A DNA stretch of 64,000 nucleotides from Nitrospiraceae bacterium (GCA_050246315.1 JBFWWG010000009.1:20001-84000), one strand, 5' to 3'; positions 52,335 through 61,906 are shown, numbered from the stretch's first letter. A program made the numbers and translations. Notes: a model not told the origin generated them from the sequence alone.

Positions 52335-53759
52335 ATGCGAAACAGGATGCGACACCGGCTGCCCGTCCAACTCTGCCTCTGTTTCCTCGCCGCGTTGGGG
52401 GGGCAGGCTCCCTGGGCGTCGGGAGCTGATCGGAGCAATGGCCTCGCGTCCGCGATCGATCTGCAAACTCAGATCAAGACCACCGCCTCCAAGGTCACGC
52501 CCGCCGTGGTCAGCATCTCCGCTACCGTGTTTGTGCCCGATCAAGCGCTGAGCGACGAGAACCTGCCCTTTGGATTGTTTCGAGACCAGCCGCAGCTTCG
52601 TCGACAATATGGCCAGGGCTCGGGCGTCATTGTGTCCTCGGACGGGTATATCATCACGAACAACCATGTCGTGGCCGATGCGGTTGATGTGGAAGTCTTG
52701 TTGACCGACCGCCGCCAGTTCAAGGGACGGGTAGTGGCGACCGACCCGAGGACAGATGTGGCCGTTGTCAAGATTCAGGCGGCCACACTCCCGACGGTAC
52801 CATGGGGGGATTCGAGCAAGTTGTCGGTCGGGGATTTTGTGCTGGCGATCGGGAATCCCTTGGGGTTGAGCCGGACCGTGACCTTCGGCATCGTCAGCGC
52901 GGTGGGCCGAGCCGATGTCGGCGTGGCGGATTATGAGGACTTCATCCAGACGGATGCGCCGATTAACCCGGGCAATTCCGGCGGCGCGTTGGTGAATATC
53001 TGGGGCGAATTGGTGGGGATTAACACCGCCATTGCGAGCCCGACCGGTGGCAGCGTCGGCGTTGGGTTTGCCGTGCCGAGCAACATGGCGCGGACGGTGA
53101 TGCAAAGCTTGCTGAAGACGGGCCGGGTGGTACGAGGATTTCTGGGAGCGTCAACTCAAGACGTCACCCCGCTGCTCAGCAAGGTCTTCAAACTTCCGGA
53201 TGTGAAGGGCGCCATTATCACCGATTTGCAGGCCAAGGGGTCGGCCGAGCGGGCGGGCCTTCGCCGCGGCGACGTCGTTGTGCGATTCGACGGGCGTGAG
53301 ATCCCTGACGGGGGACATCTACGCAATGTGATCGCCGCCGCACCGATCGGCAGCCGGCACAAGGTGGAGATCGTGCGCGACGGACGCCTGTTCCAAGCGG
53401 ATTTGGCCGTCCAGGAGGCGCCGCGGGAACGTGCGAGAAAGGCCGAAGCACTCGATTTGGAAAGCCAGCGCACCCATCCGCTGGCGGGGCTGATGATTGA
53501 TGAACTGACCCCGATGATGGCCAAGCAAATGGGGGCGCCGAGTCACACCGGGATCGTCGTGACGGATCTCGAAGAGGGCAGTCTCGCCGAAGCGGCCGGC
53601 ATGCAGCCTGGCGATGTCATCCTCGAAGTCAATCGCCAGCCTGTGCCGAATTTGCTCGCCTACCAACAGGTAGTCGAGCCTATCAAGCCCACTGACCTGA
53701 CTCTCCTCCTCATCAATCGACAGGGAACGGTGCTCTACGTCCCGATCCAGAGCGAATAG
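52335..53759 (+). CDS. DegP/HtrA (Do) serine protease with two PDZ domains
   Basis: GSGVIVSSDGYIITNNHVV, TDVAVVKI, FIQTDAPINPGNSGGALVN. Confidence 0.96.
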   Translation: MRNRMRHRLPVQLCLCFLAALGGQAPWASGADRSNGLASAIDLQTQIKTTASKVTPAVVSISATVFVPDQALSDENLPFGLFRDQPQLRRQYGQGSGVIVSSDGYIITNNHVVADAVDVEVLLTDRRQFKGRVVATDPRTDVAVVKIQAATLPTVPWGDSSKLSVGDFVLAIGNPLGLSRTVTFGIVSAVGRADVGVADYEDFIQTDAPINPGNSGGALVNIWGELVGINTAIASPTGGSVGVGFAVPSNMARTVMQSLLKTGRVVRGFLGASTQDVTPLLSKVFKLPDVKGAIITDLQAKGSAERAGLRRGDVVVRFDGREIPDGGHLRNVIAAAPIGSRHKVEIVRDGRLFQADLAVQEAPRERARKAEALDLESQRTHPLAGLMIDELTPMMAKQMGAPSHTGIVVTDLEEGSLAEAAGMQPGDVILEVNRQPVPNLLAYQQVVEPIKPTDLTLLLINRQGTVLYVPIQSE

Positions 53760-54365
53760 GAGCTGTGACCGCCCTCCTCTCGCTCGTATCCGATTCGATA
53801 CCGATCTGTATCTCTTCGGATACGGCACGAGTGCTTGCCAGACGCTCGGCGTTCAGTAGGGACTCTAACCCGTGCGATTCATGAACGATTCTACGGCAAT
53901 GACGGATTCGCTGCTGCGACGAACCGGGACAGTCGAAGGTGTTTTTCCGGCGGCGTATCAAACAGTGAGGGAGGAACACGCCCGTAGGGTGCTTCTCCGC
54001 AGGCGCTGTTACGGAAATACGATGAATAGCCGACGGTTCAAGCGAAGGTTGGTAGAGAGAGGCTTCGCCTGACAAGCTGCCGGTTCACACGAAGTGTGGT
54101 ATGGCGGGCGGGCTCGCCGCTCAGTCTCTCAACATGCTGTTTCACTTATGCTTCGGGCTATTCACGTCTCCGGGCGTCCGTCTCACGACGTGATTCCATC
54201 ATTTCGTCACGAATCATCATGAATCATGCGGGTTCGGCCACCATACCCACGAGTCGGCTGCTAGGCTGAAGCAGTTGCAGGACCTAGCCGGTACCCAACT
54301 TGCCTCCTTTGTGATCTGAACGGGCACCTGGCTCGCGCTGAGATCCTTGCGGAAGGAGACGGCTC

Positions 54366-54938
54366 ATGAATAAACGACTGGTCACGGGACTTGGAGTTCT
54401 GGGCATGATGATCTGGCTGGCTTTGTTTTCCGCCGGTCTGCTTCTGGATTCGGCGCCCTATCGGAAGGCGATTGCGGCGGCGATGAAGGCCAATCAGTCT
54501 GTACTCCTGGAAGATGTGATCCTGGCTTCGCTGCTTTTTACTCCGACGAACGTGGCCTTCCTCAGCGTCCTGGCCGGATTTCTGGGCGGGTGCACCAGTG
54601 TCCTGAACGATCGCCATCTCTTGCAGGAGGAGATCCATCGGGCGCAGGAGGTGGGGGACCAGGGGCGGGTTTCACGACTGGAGCGCCGGATCAGATTCAT
54701 GGGAGAGTCCCCCATTGTGTCGATGATGCGGGGGTTCGTGGTCTATCTGGCCATCATCTCGGGCATCTTTCTCGTGATCTCCAATCCATTTGATAATCCA
54801 AGCATGGATCAATTCATCCGATTGGCCGGCTTGTTCTCGGTCGTGGCCTTCATGATGGGGTATGATCCGACCCGGTTCGAGGACCTGTTGGAAAAAGTGT
54901 CTTCGCTCAGCCAGAAGCCACCACCGCGCAATCCGTGA
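54366..54938 (+). CDS. Hypothetical membrane protein (about 4 TM helices)
   Basis: Four hydrophobic segments around a charged helix; SD GGAG upstream. Confidence 0.7.
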   Translation: MNKRLVTGLGVLGMMIWLALFSAGLLLDSAPYRKAIAAAMKANQSVLLEDVILASLLFTPTNVAFLSVLAGFLGGCTSVLNDRHLLQEEIHRAQEVGDQGRVSRLERRIRFMGESPIVSMMRGFVVYLAIISGIFLVISNPFDNPSMDQFIRLAGLFSVVAFMMGYDPTRFEDLLEKVSSLSQKPPPRNP

Positions 54939-54972
54939 CGGTCTCTGGAGGCGGGGAGAGGCTCTCGGGCGA

Positions 54973-55665
54973 CTACGTCCGGCGGGAGAAGAAGCGTGAA
55001 AGCCGGGTGAAGAACGAGGCGAGACTGAAAATCAATCCAGCCACGCTTGGGTACAGGCGGGAAGGGGTCGTTCCCACCGTTTCGTTGAAGGGTGAAAACG
55101 TGATCAGCAACAGGCAGCCGTCGTCGGTGGACGTTTCGCGGTGCAGACTGCCCGCTGCCGACCGGTGGTAATCGCCGGGGAAGAGAGCTTGTCCTTCGCA
55201 GACGCACCCGCCCTCCAACACGAACAACTCCTCCACCGCCGCATGCCGATGCGGGGTATGCCGAGTGCCGGGAGCGAATCGGACCAGCGCCGTCGTCCGC
55301 TGCGTGACCGGATCGTTGTAGAGCACCTTCATCTTCGTGCCGGCCGAGACGTCCAACCAGGTCCCTTCCGAGGCCCTGATGTAGGTGAACTCACGGCCGG
55401 CGGAAGCCTCCCGCTGCGGTTCAGCCTGAATGCGGGTCATGAGTTTGGCTCTGAGATCGGTCGGCGGCGGGACGGGGTCGATCAACGTCGCCAAGCGGGC
55501 GGCCGTCTGCCGGAACTCCGCCACTTCCGCCCTGGCCGTTTGCGCGTCGGCGCCTTCATCCTCGATGAGCCGTTCGAACTCACTCAGCTCCTGTCCGTCA
55601 AGGGCGTTCAGCGCAAGTAACGGAGCTTGGTCCTGTCGATCATCCGGTCGTGCCGGCGTCATCAT
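54973..55665 (-). CDS. Anti-sigma factor with ChrR-like cupin domain
   Basis: RskA-like N-terminus (LALNALD..E..EFE...PVPPPTDLRAKLMTRI); cupin HTPHRHAAVEELFVLEG...GDYHRSAAGSLH; overlaps the sigma stop codon. Confidence 0.85.
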   Translation of the reverse strand: MMTPARPDDRQDQAPLLALNALDGQELSEFERLIEDEGADAQTARAEVAEFRQTAARLATLIDPVPPPTDLRAKLMTRIQAEPQREASAGREFTYIRASEGTWLDVSAGTKMKVLYNDPVTQRTTALVRFAPGTRHTPHRHAAVEELFVLEGGCVCEGQALFPGDYHRSAAGSLHRETSTDDGCLLLITFSPFNETVGTTPSRLYPSVAGLIFSLASFFTRLSRFFSRRT

Positions 55666-56255
55666 ACGAGTCCTTTTCCATAGGGAGCGAGAAGATCGCG
55701 CAATTTGATCATGCCCAATCGCATGCGCGTTTTGATGGTTCCCAGAGGAATGCCGAGCCGTTCCGCGATTTCACTCTGACTGTACCCGCCGAAGTACGCC
55801 ATCAGAATCGGCTGCCGCTGTTCCGATGATAGAGCCTTCAGCGCCTGCTGCACGATCCGCCGTTGTTGCTCTTCGGCGGACTGAGCCTCGGGCGTTGCTT
55901 GATTCGATGGAAGCCACTCCGCCTCTTCCATCCGCGTAAATGTGGCCCGTTCGGTGCGCCCGGCCCTGATACGGTCGATGGCGCGGGTGCGGGCGAGGGT
56001 CATGAGCCAGCCTCCGGCGGTGCCCCGTTGTCGATCGTAGGTATGGGCCTGCTTCCAGACTTGCGTGAAGACGTCCAGCATGACCTCCTCAGCCGTATGA
56101 GTATTCCCCACGAGACGGAGGATCAGTCCATAGACTTGCGGGCTGGATTGATCATACAGCACGCCAAAGGCGGTTTGATCGCCCTGTGCCGTCTTGGCGA
56201 TGAGGCCGATCCATTCCTGCTCTTTCGCCGATTGCTCAGCCAGCACGCCAACCAT
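55662..56255 (-). CDS. ECF (sigma-70 group 4) RNA polymerase sigma factor, SigK/RpoE-like
   Basis: GDQTAFGVLYD, AEEVMLDVFTQVW, WLMTLARTRAID, GYSQSEIAERLGIPLGTIKTRMRLG. Confidence 0.95.
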   Translation of the reverse strand: MVGVLAEQSAKEQEWIGLIAKTAQGDQTAFGVLYDQSSPQVYGLILRLVGNTHTAEEVMLDVFTQVWKQAHTYDRQRGTAGGWLMTLARTRAIDRIRAGRTERATFTRMEEAEWLPSNQATPEAQSAEEQQRRIVQQALKALSSEQRQPILMAYFGGYSQSEIAERLGIPLGTIKTRMRLGMIKLRDLLAPYGKGLV

Positions 56256-56274
56256 CCGTTCGGTCTCCTCACAT

Positions 56275-56303
56275 CTCTACGAGATGAGCGGAGGTATTGG
56301 ATT
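56275..56303 (-). promoter_or_regulatory. Putative ECF-sigma promoter driving the sigma/anti-sigma operon
   Basis: Minus strand AATCC-aatacctccgctcatct (17 nt)-CGTAGAG, 19 bp upstream of the start. Confidence 0.6.
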
Positions 56304-56440
56304 CATGGCGATCCATGGTCTGTCCGGACAAAAGATCCGGTAAGGTGGGACCCAAAGGATAGCACTCGGCAATCGGTCGTTCAACCACCCGTCCCAATCG
56401 TCCGAAATTGTAAATGTGAATAATGAAAGTCGAAATCTGA

Positions 56441-56469
56441 AATCCAAACGCTCCGCCGCTCCCGTAGAG
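56441..56469 (+). promoter_or_regulatory. Putative ECF-sigma promoter driving the globin/DUF4331 cluster
   Basis: AATCC-aaacgctccgccgctcc (17 nt)-CGTAGAG; same boxes and spacing as the divergent copy. Confidence 0.6.
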
Positions 56470-56548
56470 GCAAACAGGAATTCATGCAACGGAGTTGAGA
56501 AAGAGGAGCACTTCAAGGTCGGTACTCATTTGACAGGAGGGAGCAACG

Positions 56549-57058
56549 ATGAAGATAGGGAAGGCAGGATGGACCTCGTGGATGGTGATCGGGTTGCTGG
56601 CGATCGCGATCCCGGGCTGCAACATGATGGAGTCATCGTCGGGTGGGAGGACGGCGGATCGGTCGCTCTATGAACGGTTGGGAGGCAAGCCGGCGATCAC
56701 CGCGGTGGTGGACGATTTCGTGGCTCGGGTGGCGGCCGACAACCGGATCAACGGGAAATTCGCCAATGCCGACATCCCTCGACTCAAGATGATGTTGGTC
56801 GATCAAGTTTGTGAAGCGTCCGGGGGACCGTGCAAGTACACGGGGCGCGACATGAAGGCGACCCATGCCGGGATGCAGATCACCGGCGGTGAATTCGATG
56901 CCTTGGTCGAGGATCTGGTGGCCACACTACAGAAGTATAAGGTCGGCGATCGCGAGAAGAAGGAGTTGCTCGGCGCGCTTGGCCCGATGAAGGGGGACAT
57001 TGTCTCCTCCCCCGCCGCCATGGGGCCAAAAGAGGACGACCTGAGGCAATCCAATTGA
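56549..57058 (+). CDS. Group I truncated (2/2) hemoglobin with lipoprotein signal
   Basis: Lipobox-like AIPGC; SLYERLGG, VDDFVARV, ASGGPCKYTG, and proximal His in MKATHAGM. Confidence 0.92.
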   Translation: MKIGKAGWTSWMVIGLLAIAIPGCNMMESSSGGRTADRSLYERLGGKPAITAVVDDFVARVAADNRINGKFANADIPRLKMMLVDQVCEASGGPCKYTGRDMKATHAGMQITGGEFDALVEDLVATLQKYKVGDREKKELLGALGPMKGDIVSSPAAMGPKEDDLRQSN

Positions 57059-57162
57059 TGAGCAGTTCTGAATCCAAAGAGTATTTCCATCAACGGTCGG
57101 CCATGTAGCCGGCTGGCGCTTCTATCACTAGTGGCGCTTACTCCAACAAGGAGAGACAGACC

Positions 57163-58710
57163 ATGACACAACCAGCCATCGTGCGAAGACCCACGAGGAT
57201 GAAACGGAGACTCCGGACGACGGTCCGGCTGGCGACGCTCGCCGTCGGCGCTATCGGCGCAATCGGCGCAATCGGATTGACGGCTGGGGCGGTGATGGCG
57301 TCCAGCCACCGCGAGGCCCCGTTCATCACGGAATTGCCCAAGGTGGATGGCACGGATTTCTACATGTTCCGGAGCTATGAGCCTGGCCGACAGGATTATG
57401 TGACCATCATTGCCAACTATCTGCCTCTGCAGGCGCCATACGGAGGGCCCAATTACTTTCAATTGGACCCCGAGGCCATCTATGAGATTCACATCGACAA
57501 CAACGGAGACGCGAGGGAAGACTTGACCTTCCAATTCCGGTTCAGGAACAGCCTGCAAGATCTGACTGTGCCGGTCGGACCGAGCGGCCAAACGAAAGAT
57601 ATCTCGATACCGTTGATCAATATCGGCCCGATTTCGTCGGGGAATGTGCAGGCCCAGAACATCATCGAGACCTACACGCTCGATGTTGTGAGGGGGCATC
57701 GCCGGACCGGGAACCGGCAACCGGTTGTCAATGCCGGCAACGGCTCGACGACCTTCAGCAAGCCGCTCGATAACATCGGCAGCAAGTCCATTCCGAACTA
57801 CGAGCAGTACGCGGACAGTTTCATCCACACCATTGCCATCCCCGGCTGCGGGTCGCCCGGTAAGGTGTTCGTCGGACAGCGCACCGAACCCTTTGTCGTG
57901 AATCTCGGCGAGGTGTTCGACCTGATCAACCTGAATCCCCTCGGACCGCCGGATGGCCGGCGCAACATCCTCGACGACGCGAACATCACCTCGTTGATCC
58001 TGGAAGTGCCGATCGCTTGTCTCACATCCGGCACCGAGAAGGTCATTGGCGGATGGACCACGGCGAGCTTGCGGCAGGCGCGCCTGTTGCGGACCAGCGC
58101 CACCTTCGATCGTCCGGCGTTGGAGGGCGGAGCCTGGACACAGGTCTCGCGTCTCGCCATGCCGCTTGTCAACGAACTCGTGATCGGATTGAAGGACAAG
58201 AACCTGTTCAATGGTTCCAAGCCGGAGCATGACGGGCAATTTGCGGATTACGTCACGAACCCTTCGTTTCCATTCTTGATCCAAGCCCTGTTCCCAAGCG
58301 CGCCGGCGCCGACTCTCTTCCCGAGGGCGGATCTGGTCGCGGCGTTTCTTACCGGGATCAACACATCGGTGACCGGCAATCTCAATCAGCCGGCCAACGT
58401 GGTGGCATCCGAAATGATGCGGCTCAATACCGGCATTGCCCCCACCCCGAAGGTGGCTCAGAACAATCTTGGTGTGGCCGGGGGGGACCTGGCGGGATAT
58501 CCGAACGGGCGTCGTCCCGGCGACGATGTGGTCGATATCACCTTGCGCGTGGCCATGGGGAAGCTCATTTCCGCGGGGTTATTCGGCAACCCGAGCCAGG
58601 CGCCGGCCGGCGAAGCGCCCCTCACCGACGGGGCTCTGGTGAACGCCTCCTTCTTCGACGAGGCGTTTCCTTATCTGAAGACGCCCATTCCCGGCGCGCC
58701 GATTCAGTGA
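57163..58710 (+). CDS. DUF4331-family exported protein
   Basis: ASSHREAP, DGTDFYMFRSYEPG, VFVGQRTEPF, QVSRLAMPLVNE, YPNGRRPGDDVVDI, FPYL. Confidence 0.88.
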   Translation: MTQPAIVRRPTRMKRRLRTTVRLATLAVGAIGAIGAIGLTAGAVMASSHREAPFITELPKVDGTDFYMFRSYEPGRQDYVTIIANYLPLQAPYGGPNYFQLDPEAIYEIHIDNNGDAREDLTFQFRFRNSLQDLTVPVGPSGQTKDISIPLINIGPISSGNVQAQNIIETYTLDVVRGHRRTGNRQPVVNAGNGSTTFSKPLDNIGSKSIPNYEQYADSFIHTIAIPGCGSPGKVFVGQRTEPFVVNLGEVFDLINLNPLGPPDGRRNILDDANITSLILEVPIACLTSGTEKVIGGWTTASLRQARLLRTSATFDRPALEGGAWTQVSRLAMPLVNELVIGLKDKNLFNGSKPEHDGQFADYVTNPSFPFLIQALFPSAPAPTLFPRADLVAAFLTGINTSVTGNLNQPANVVASEMMRLNTGIAPTPKVAQNNLGVAGGDLAGYPNGRRPGDDVVDITLRVAMGKLISAGLFGNPSQAPAGEAPLTDGALVNASFFDEAFPYLKTPIPGAPIQ

Positions 58711-58740
58711 GTTGGCGTGCAGAATCACAAGGGGGACAAC

Positions 58741-58977
58741 ATGATTCGACTCTCATTCAGAGCATTGGCCATCGGTTGCCTCTTGGCGCTGGCCGGCTGC
58801 GGCGGTGATGACGGGGGAGGGCCGGATGGCCAAGCTGGCGGAAGCGGTGGGTCCGCCGACTCGTTCACGACGATGGTGTCTCAGATCGCCTCCACATCGC
58901 TTGAAGATGTCGAGCCGGCCGACGTGGATCGGCTTGCACCTTCTCAACCGGAGGCGACCGAACCGGCCGCACTGTGA
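58741..58977 (+). CDS. Small acidic lipoprotein
   Basis: Lipobox LALAGC; GGDDGGG...SFTTMVSQIAS..EDVEPADVD. Confidence 0.7.
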   Translation: MIRLSFRALAIGCLLALAGCGGDDGGGPDGQAGGSGGSADSFTTMVSQIASTSLEDVEPADVDRLAPSQPEATEPAAL

Positions 58978-59040
58978 GACGAACGGACGGGCGGGGAGGG
59001 ACAGGCCTCTCCGCACCCCAACCGGACAGGATGGTGAGAG

Positions 59041-60231
59041 ATGCATGGGTATGAGTTGAGGATGACGGTCTTGGCCGCCGCGCTGCTTCTGATCCCCCTG
59101 GCCCCATGGGTCGGCGCTGCCGCCCCGTTCGTTCCCTCGGACGACAAGCAAGCGCTGGAGCGGGTCAGGGAGCGGCCCCTTGATCCCACCTGGCAAGAAC
59201 TGCGACGGCTCCGGGAGGCGGTGAAGCGAAATCCGGGCGACGTGCAGCCGGCCGTGCGATTGGCCGCGCGCTATGTCGAACGGAGCCGGAGCGAGGCCGA
59301 TCCCCGGTATCTTGGGTATGCAGAGGCTGTCCTTGCGCCATGGTTGGCACGAGAGCAGCCTCCGGCGGAAGCGTTACTACTGAGGGCGACGATCCGGCAG
59401 AGCCTGCATCAGTTCGACGAGGCGTTGGCTGATCTTCAGACTGTACTGAAACGACGTCCTGACTCGGCACAGGGCTGGCTGACGGCGGCGTTGATCCATC
59501 AAGTCCAAGGCGACTATGACCAGGCTCGACGCCACTGTGCGCCGCTGATTCGATTGGCCGGAGAATTTGTCGCGGGAGCTTGTCTCGCCTCGGTCGGAAG
59601 CCTCACCGGTCAAGCGGCGGTCAGCTACGATCTGCTTGATCGGGTCTCTCGACGCGGGGCAACCGTGAGTCCTGGAGAACGCCAATGGGTGGCGACGTTG
59701 TTGGCCGAAATGGCGGAGCGACGCGGAGCTGCGGCGGAGGCGGAAGGCCATTATCGAGCGGCCCTGCGGATTGGCCTCCATGATCCCTACCTGTTGGCGG
59801 CCTATGGAGATTTTCTGCTCGATCAGGGCCGCGCCGAGGAGGTGATCGGACTGCTCCAGCAGGACCGTAAGGCGGATGCGCTGCTTCTCAGGCTGGCTCT
59901 CGCAGAGCGGGCGGCGAATCACCCCAACGCGGCGGCGGATCGGGAGATCCTGCGGGCACGGTTCGAGGCGGCCCGGCGCCGAGGGGATCGCACCCATCTC
60001 CGAGAAGAAGCAAGATATGCGCAGCATATGTTGGAGAATGCCGGCCAAGCGTTGCGCCTGGCCCGAGAGAATTGGGCCATCCAGAAGGAGCCGGCCGACG
60101 CCAGAATCTTGTTGGAAGCAGCTACGGCGGCTCAGGACCCCGCGGCAGCCCGTCTCGCCACAGATTGGATCGAGGCGAACCATCTTGAGGACGTGCGTCT
60201 GAACGGGCTCGTCACCCGGAGCAAGGAGTAA
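59041..60231 (+). CDS. Exported TPR-like protein of the DUF4331 cluster
   Basis: Signal peptide; DPRYLGYAEAVL, QSLHQFDEA, LAAYGDFLLDQGR, LLLRLALAE, HLREEARY, NWAIQKEPADA. Confidence 0.8.
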   Translation: MHGYELRMTVLAAALLLIPLAPWVGAAAPFVPSDDKQALERVRERPLDPTWQELRRLREAVKRNPGDVQPAVRLAARYVERSRSEADPRYLGYAEAVLAPWLAREQPPAEALLLRATIRQSLHQFDEALADLQTVLKRRPDSAQGWLTAALIHQVQGDYDQARRHCAPLIRLAGEFVAGACLASVGSLTGQAAVSYDLLDRVSRRGATVSPGERQWVATLLAEMAERRGAAAEAEGHYRAALRIGLHDPYLLAAYGDFLLDQGRAEEVIGLLQQDRKADALLLRLALAERAANHPNAAADREILRARFEAARRRGDRTHLREEARYAQHMLENAGQALRLARENWAIQKEPADARILLEAATAAQDPAAARLATDWIEANHLEDVRLNGLVTRSKE

Positions 60232-60234
60232 GGT

Positions 60235-61374
60235 ATGGCGCGCGTCGCCACCCATCTCGGTGCACTGATGTTGTGGATCATCATGCCGACTCTGCCGGCT
60301 TTCGCGCACAAACTCAGCGATAGTTACCTCACCCTGTCGGTCGAGACGAATCGGATCGACGGACGATGGGATATCGCCCTGCGCGACCTGGACTATGCCA
60401 TCGGTTTGGATGCCGACGATGACGGACAGTTGACTTGGGGGGAGGTCCGGTCGCGCCTGCCGGCGATTCACGACTATGTGTTCTCTCGGCTCGCCGTGAG
60501 CATGGGCGAGGCGACCTGTGCCGGCCGTCCGACGGCCGACCTCCTGGATCACCACACGGACGGCACCTATGCCGTGCTGAAGTTCTCCCTCGATTGCCCG
60601 CACCCGACGCTTCGAATGGACATAAACTACAACCTCTTGTTCGATGTGGATCCTCAGCATCGCGGGTTGGCTCAGATCGTGAGCGGGGAAGGCGTTACCG
60701 GCGTCATATTTTCACCCGAGCACGCGCAACAGTCCGTGAGGGTCGGCGCGAGCCGTCCGTGGGGCACGTTGCTGTCGTACGCACATGAAGGTGTGCATCA
60801 CATCTGGAGCGGGATCGATCATCTGCTGTTTCTGATGGCGCTGCTCCTCCCGTCCGTGTTGCGTCGTCGCGACGGGGTCTGGGAGGCGGTGCCGGCCTTT
60901 CGCCCGGCACTGATTCAAACGGCGGCCGTCGTCACGGCCTTCACGGTGGCCCATTCCATCACGCTCACGCTTGCCGCGCTGGACCTGGTCCGGCTCCCTG
61001 CTCGTCTCGTCGAGTCTGCGATCGCCGCCTCGGTCGTGCTGGCTGCGCTCAATAATATGGTGCCCTTGGTGTCCGAGCGACGGTGGGTCGTGGCCTTAGG
61101 GTTCGGCCTGCTGCACGGGTTCGGATTTGCCGGCGCGCTGGCCGATCTGGGGCTTCCACCGAACGCCACCGTGGCAGCGCTCGCCGGGTTCAATCTCGGC
61201 GTCGAGGCGGGACAACTGTTGATCGTCGCCCTGTTCCTCCCGATCGCCTACGGTTTCCGCCGCATGCGGATCTATCAGCGCGGAGTGGTCGCCGCCGGCT
61301 CCTGTTCCATCGCGGCCTTGGCCCTCTGTTGGCTGATCGAGCGCGCCTTTGATGTCAGCCTCTTCCCGTCCTGA
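60235..61374 (+). CDS. HupE/UreJ-family protein with N-terminal periplasmic domain
   Basis: AFAHKLSDSY; EGVHHIWSGIDHLLF; TAFTVAHSITL; FGLLHGFGFA; FNLGVEAGQL. Confidence 0.9.
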   Translation: MARVATHLGALMLWIIMPTLPAFAHKLSDSYLTLSVETNRIDGRWDIALRDLDYAIGLDADDDGQLTWGEVRSRLPAIHDYVFSRLAVSMGEATCAGRPTADLLDHHTDGTYAVLKFSLDCPHPTLRMDINYNLLFDVDPQHRGLAQIVSGEGVTGVIFSPEHAQQSVRVGASRPWGTLLSYAHEGVHHIWSGIDHLLFLMALLLPSVLRRRDGVWEAVPAFRPALIQTAAVVTAFTVAHSITLTLAALDLVRLPARLVESAIAASVVLAALNNMVPLVSERRWVVALGFGLLHGFGFAGALADLGLPPNATVAALAGFNLGVEAGQLLIVALFLPIAYGFRRMRIYQRGVVAAGSCSIAALALCWLIERAFDVSLFPS

Positions 61375-61443
61375 GAACAGGGCCGGTGCTGAGTCGAGAC
61401 GGCGACGACGGAGATTGACGACGCAAGAGCAAGGTGATACATA

Positions 61444-61470
61444 GTCACACGAATTACAAATTCGTAATAC
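61444..61470 (+). promoter_or_regulatory. Possible NikR operator (imperfect dyad) in the AT-rich nikR leader
   Basis: GTCACAC-N13-GTAATAC with an inner GAATT/AATTC palindrome; TTGACG at 61415. The left half-site matches weakly. Confidence 0.3.
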
Positions 61471-61487
61471 TGGTACGGGAGTGTGCT

Positions 61488-61904
61488 ATGAAAAAACTTG
61501 TCCGGTTCGGCGTGTCGCTGGATCATCACCTGCTCGACGACTTCGATGACCTGATCAGCAGGAAGAACTACGCCACCCGCTCCGAAGCGCTTCGCGATTT
61601 GATCCGTGCCAATCTGGTCGAGCAGGAGTGGACGAACGATCAGGAAACGGTGGGGACCGTCACCATGGTCTATGACCACCACGTCCATGAGCTGACCGAC
61701 CGCCTGACAGACCTCCAGCATCGCTATCATCGGCTGATCCTGTCCGGCCTCCACGTGCACCTGGATCACGACCACTGCCTGGAGGTCCTGGTCATGCGCG
61801 GTAGGGGCAGTGAGATCAAGAAGGTCGCGGATCTGCTGATCGGGACGAAAGGGGTGAAGCACGGGAAATTGACGATGACCACGACGGGAAAGGGGGTGAG
61901 CTGA
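61488..61904 (+). CDS. nikR: Nickel-responsive transcriptional regulator
   Basis: RFGVSL ribbon, [26 protein letters not shown] Ni site, GVKHGKL. Start at the ATG at 61488. Confidence 0.95.
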   Translation: MKKLVRFGVSLDHHLLDDFDDLISRKNYATRSEALRDLIRANLVEQEWTNDQETVGTVTMVYDHHVHELTDRLTDLQHRYHRLILSGLHVHLDHDHCLEVLVMRGRGSEIKKVADLLIGTKGVKHGKLTMTTTGKGVS

Positions 61905-61906
61905 CC

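Noticed and set aside
53760-54365. 600-bp gap with short ORFs (53872-54072) or a possible ncRNA
   Set aside because: No recognisable protein motif or RNA structure could be supported by eye.
57045-57092. Third ECF promoter before DUF4331 (two AATCCAA boxes)
   Set aside because: No CGTA -10 box at the 17-nt spacing; too weak to call.
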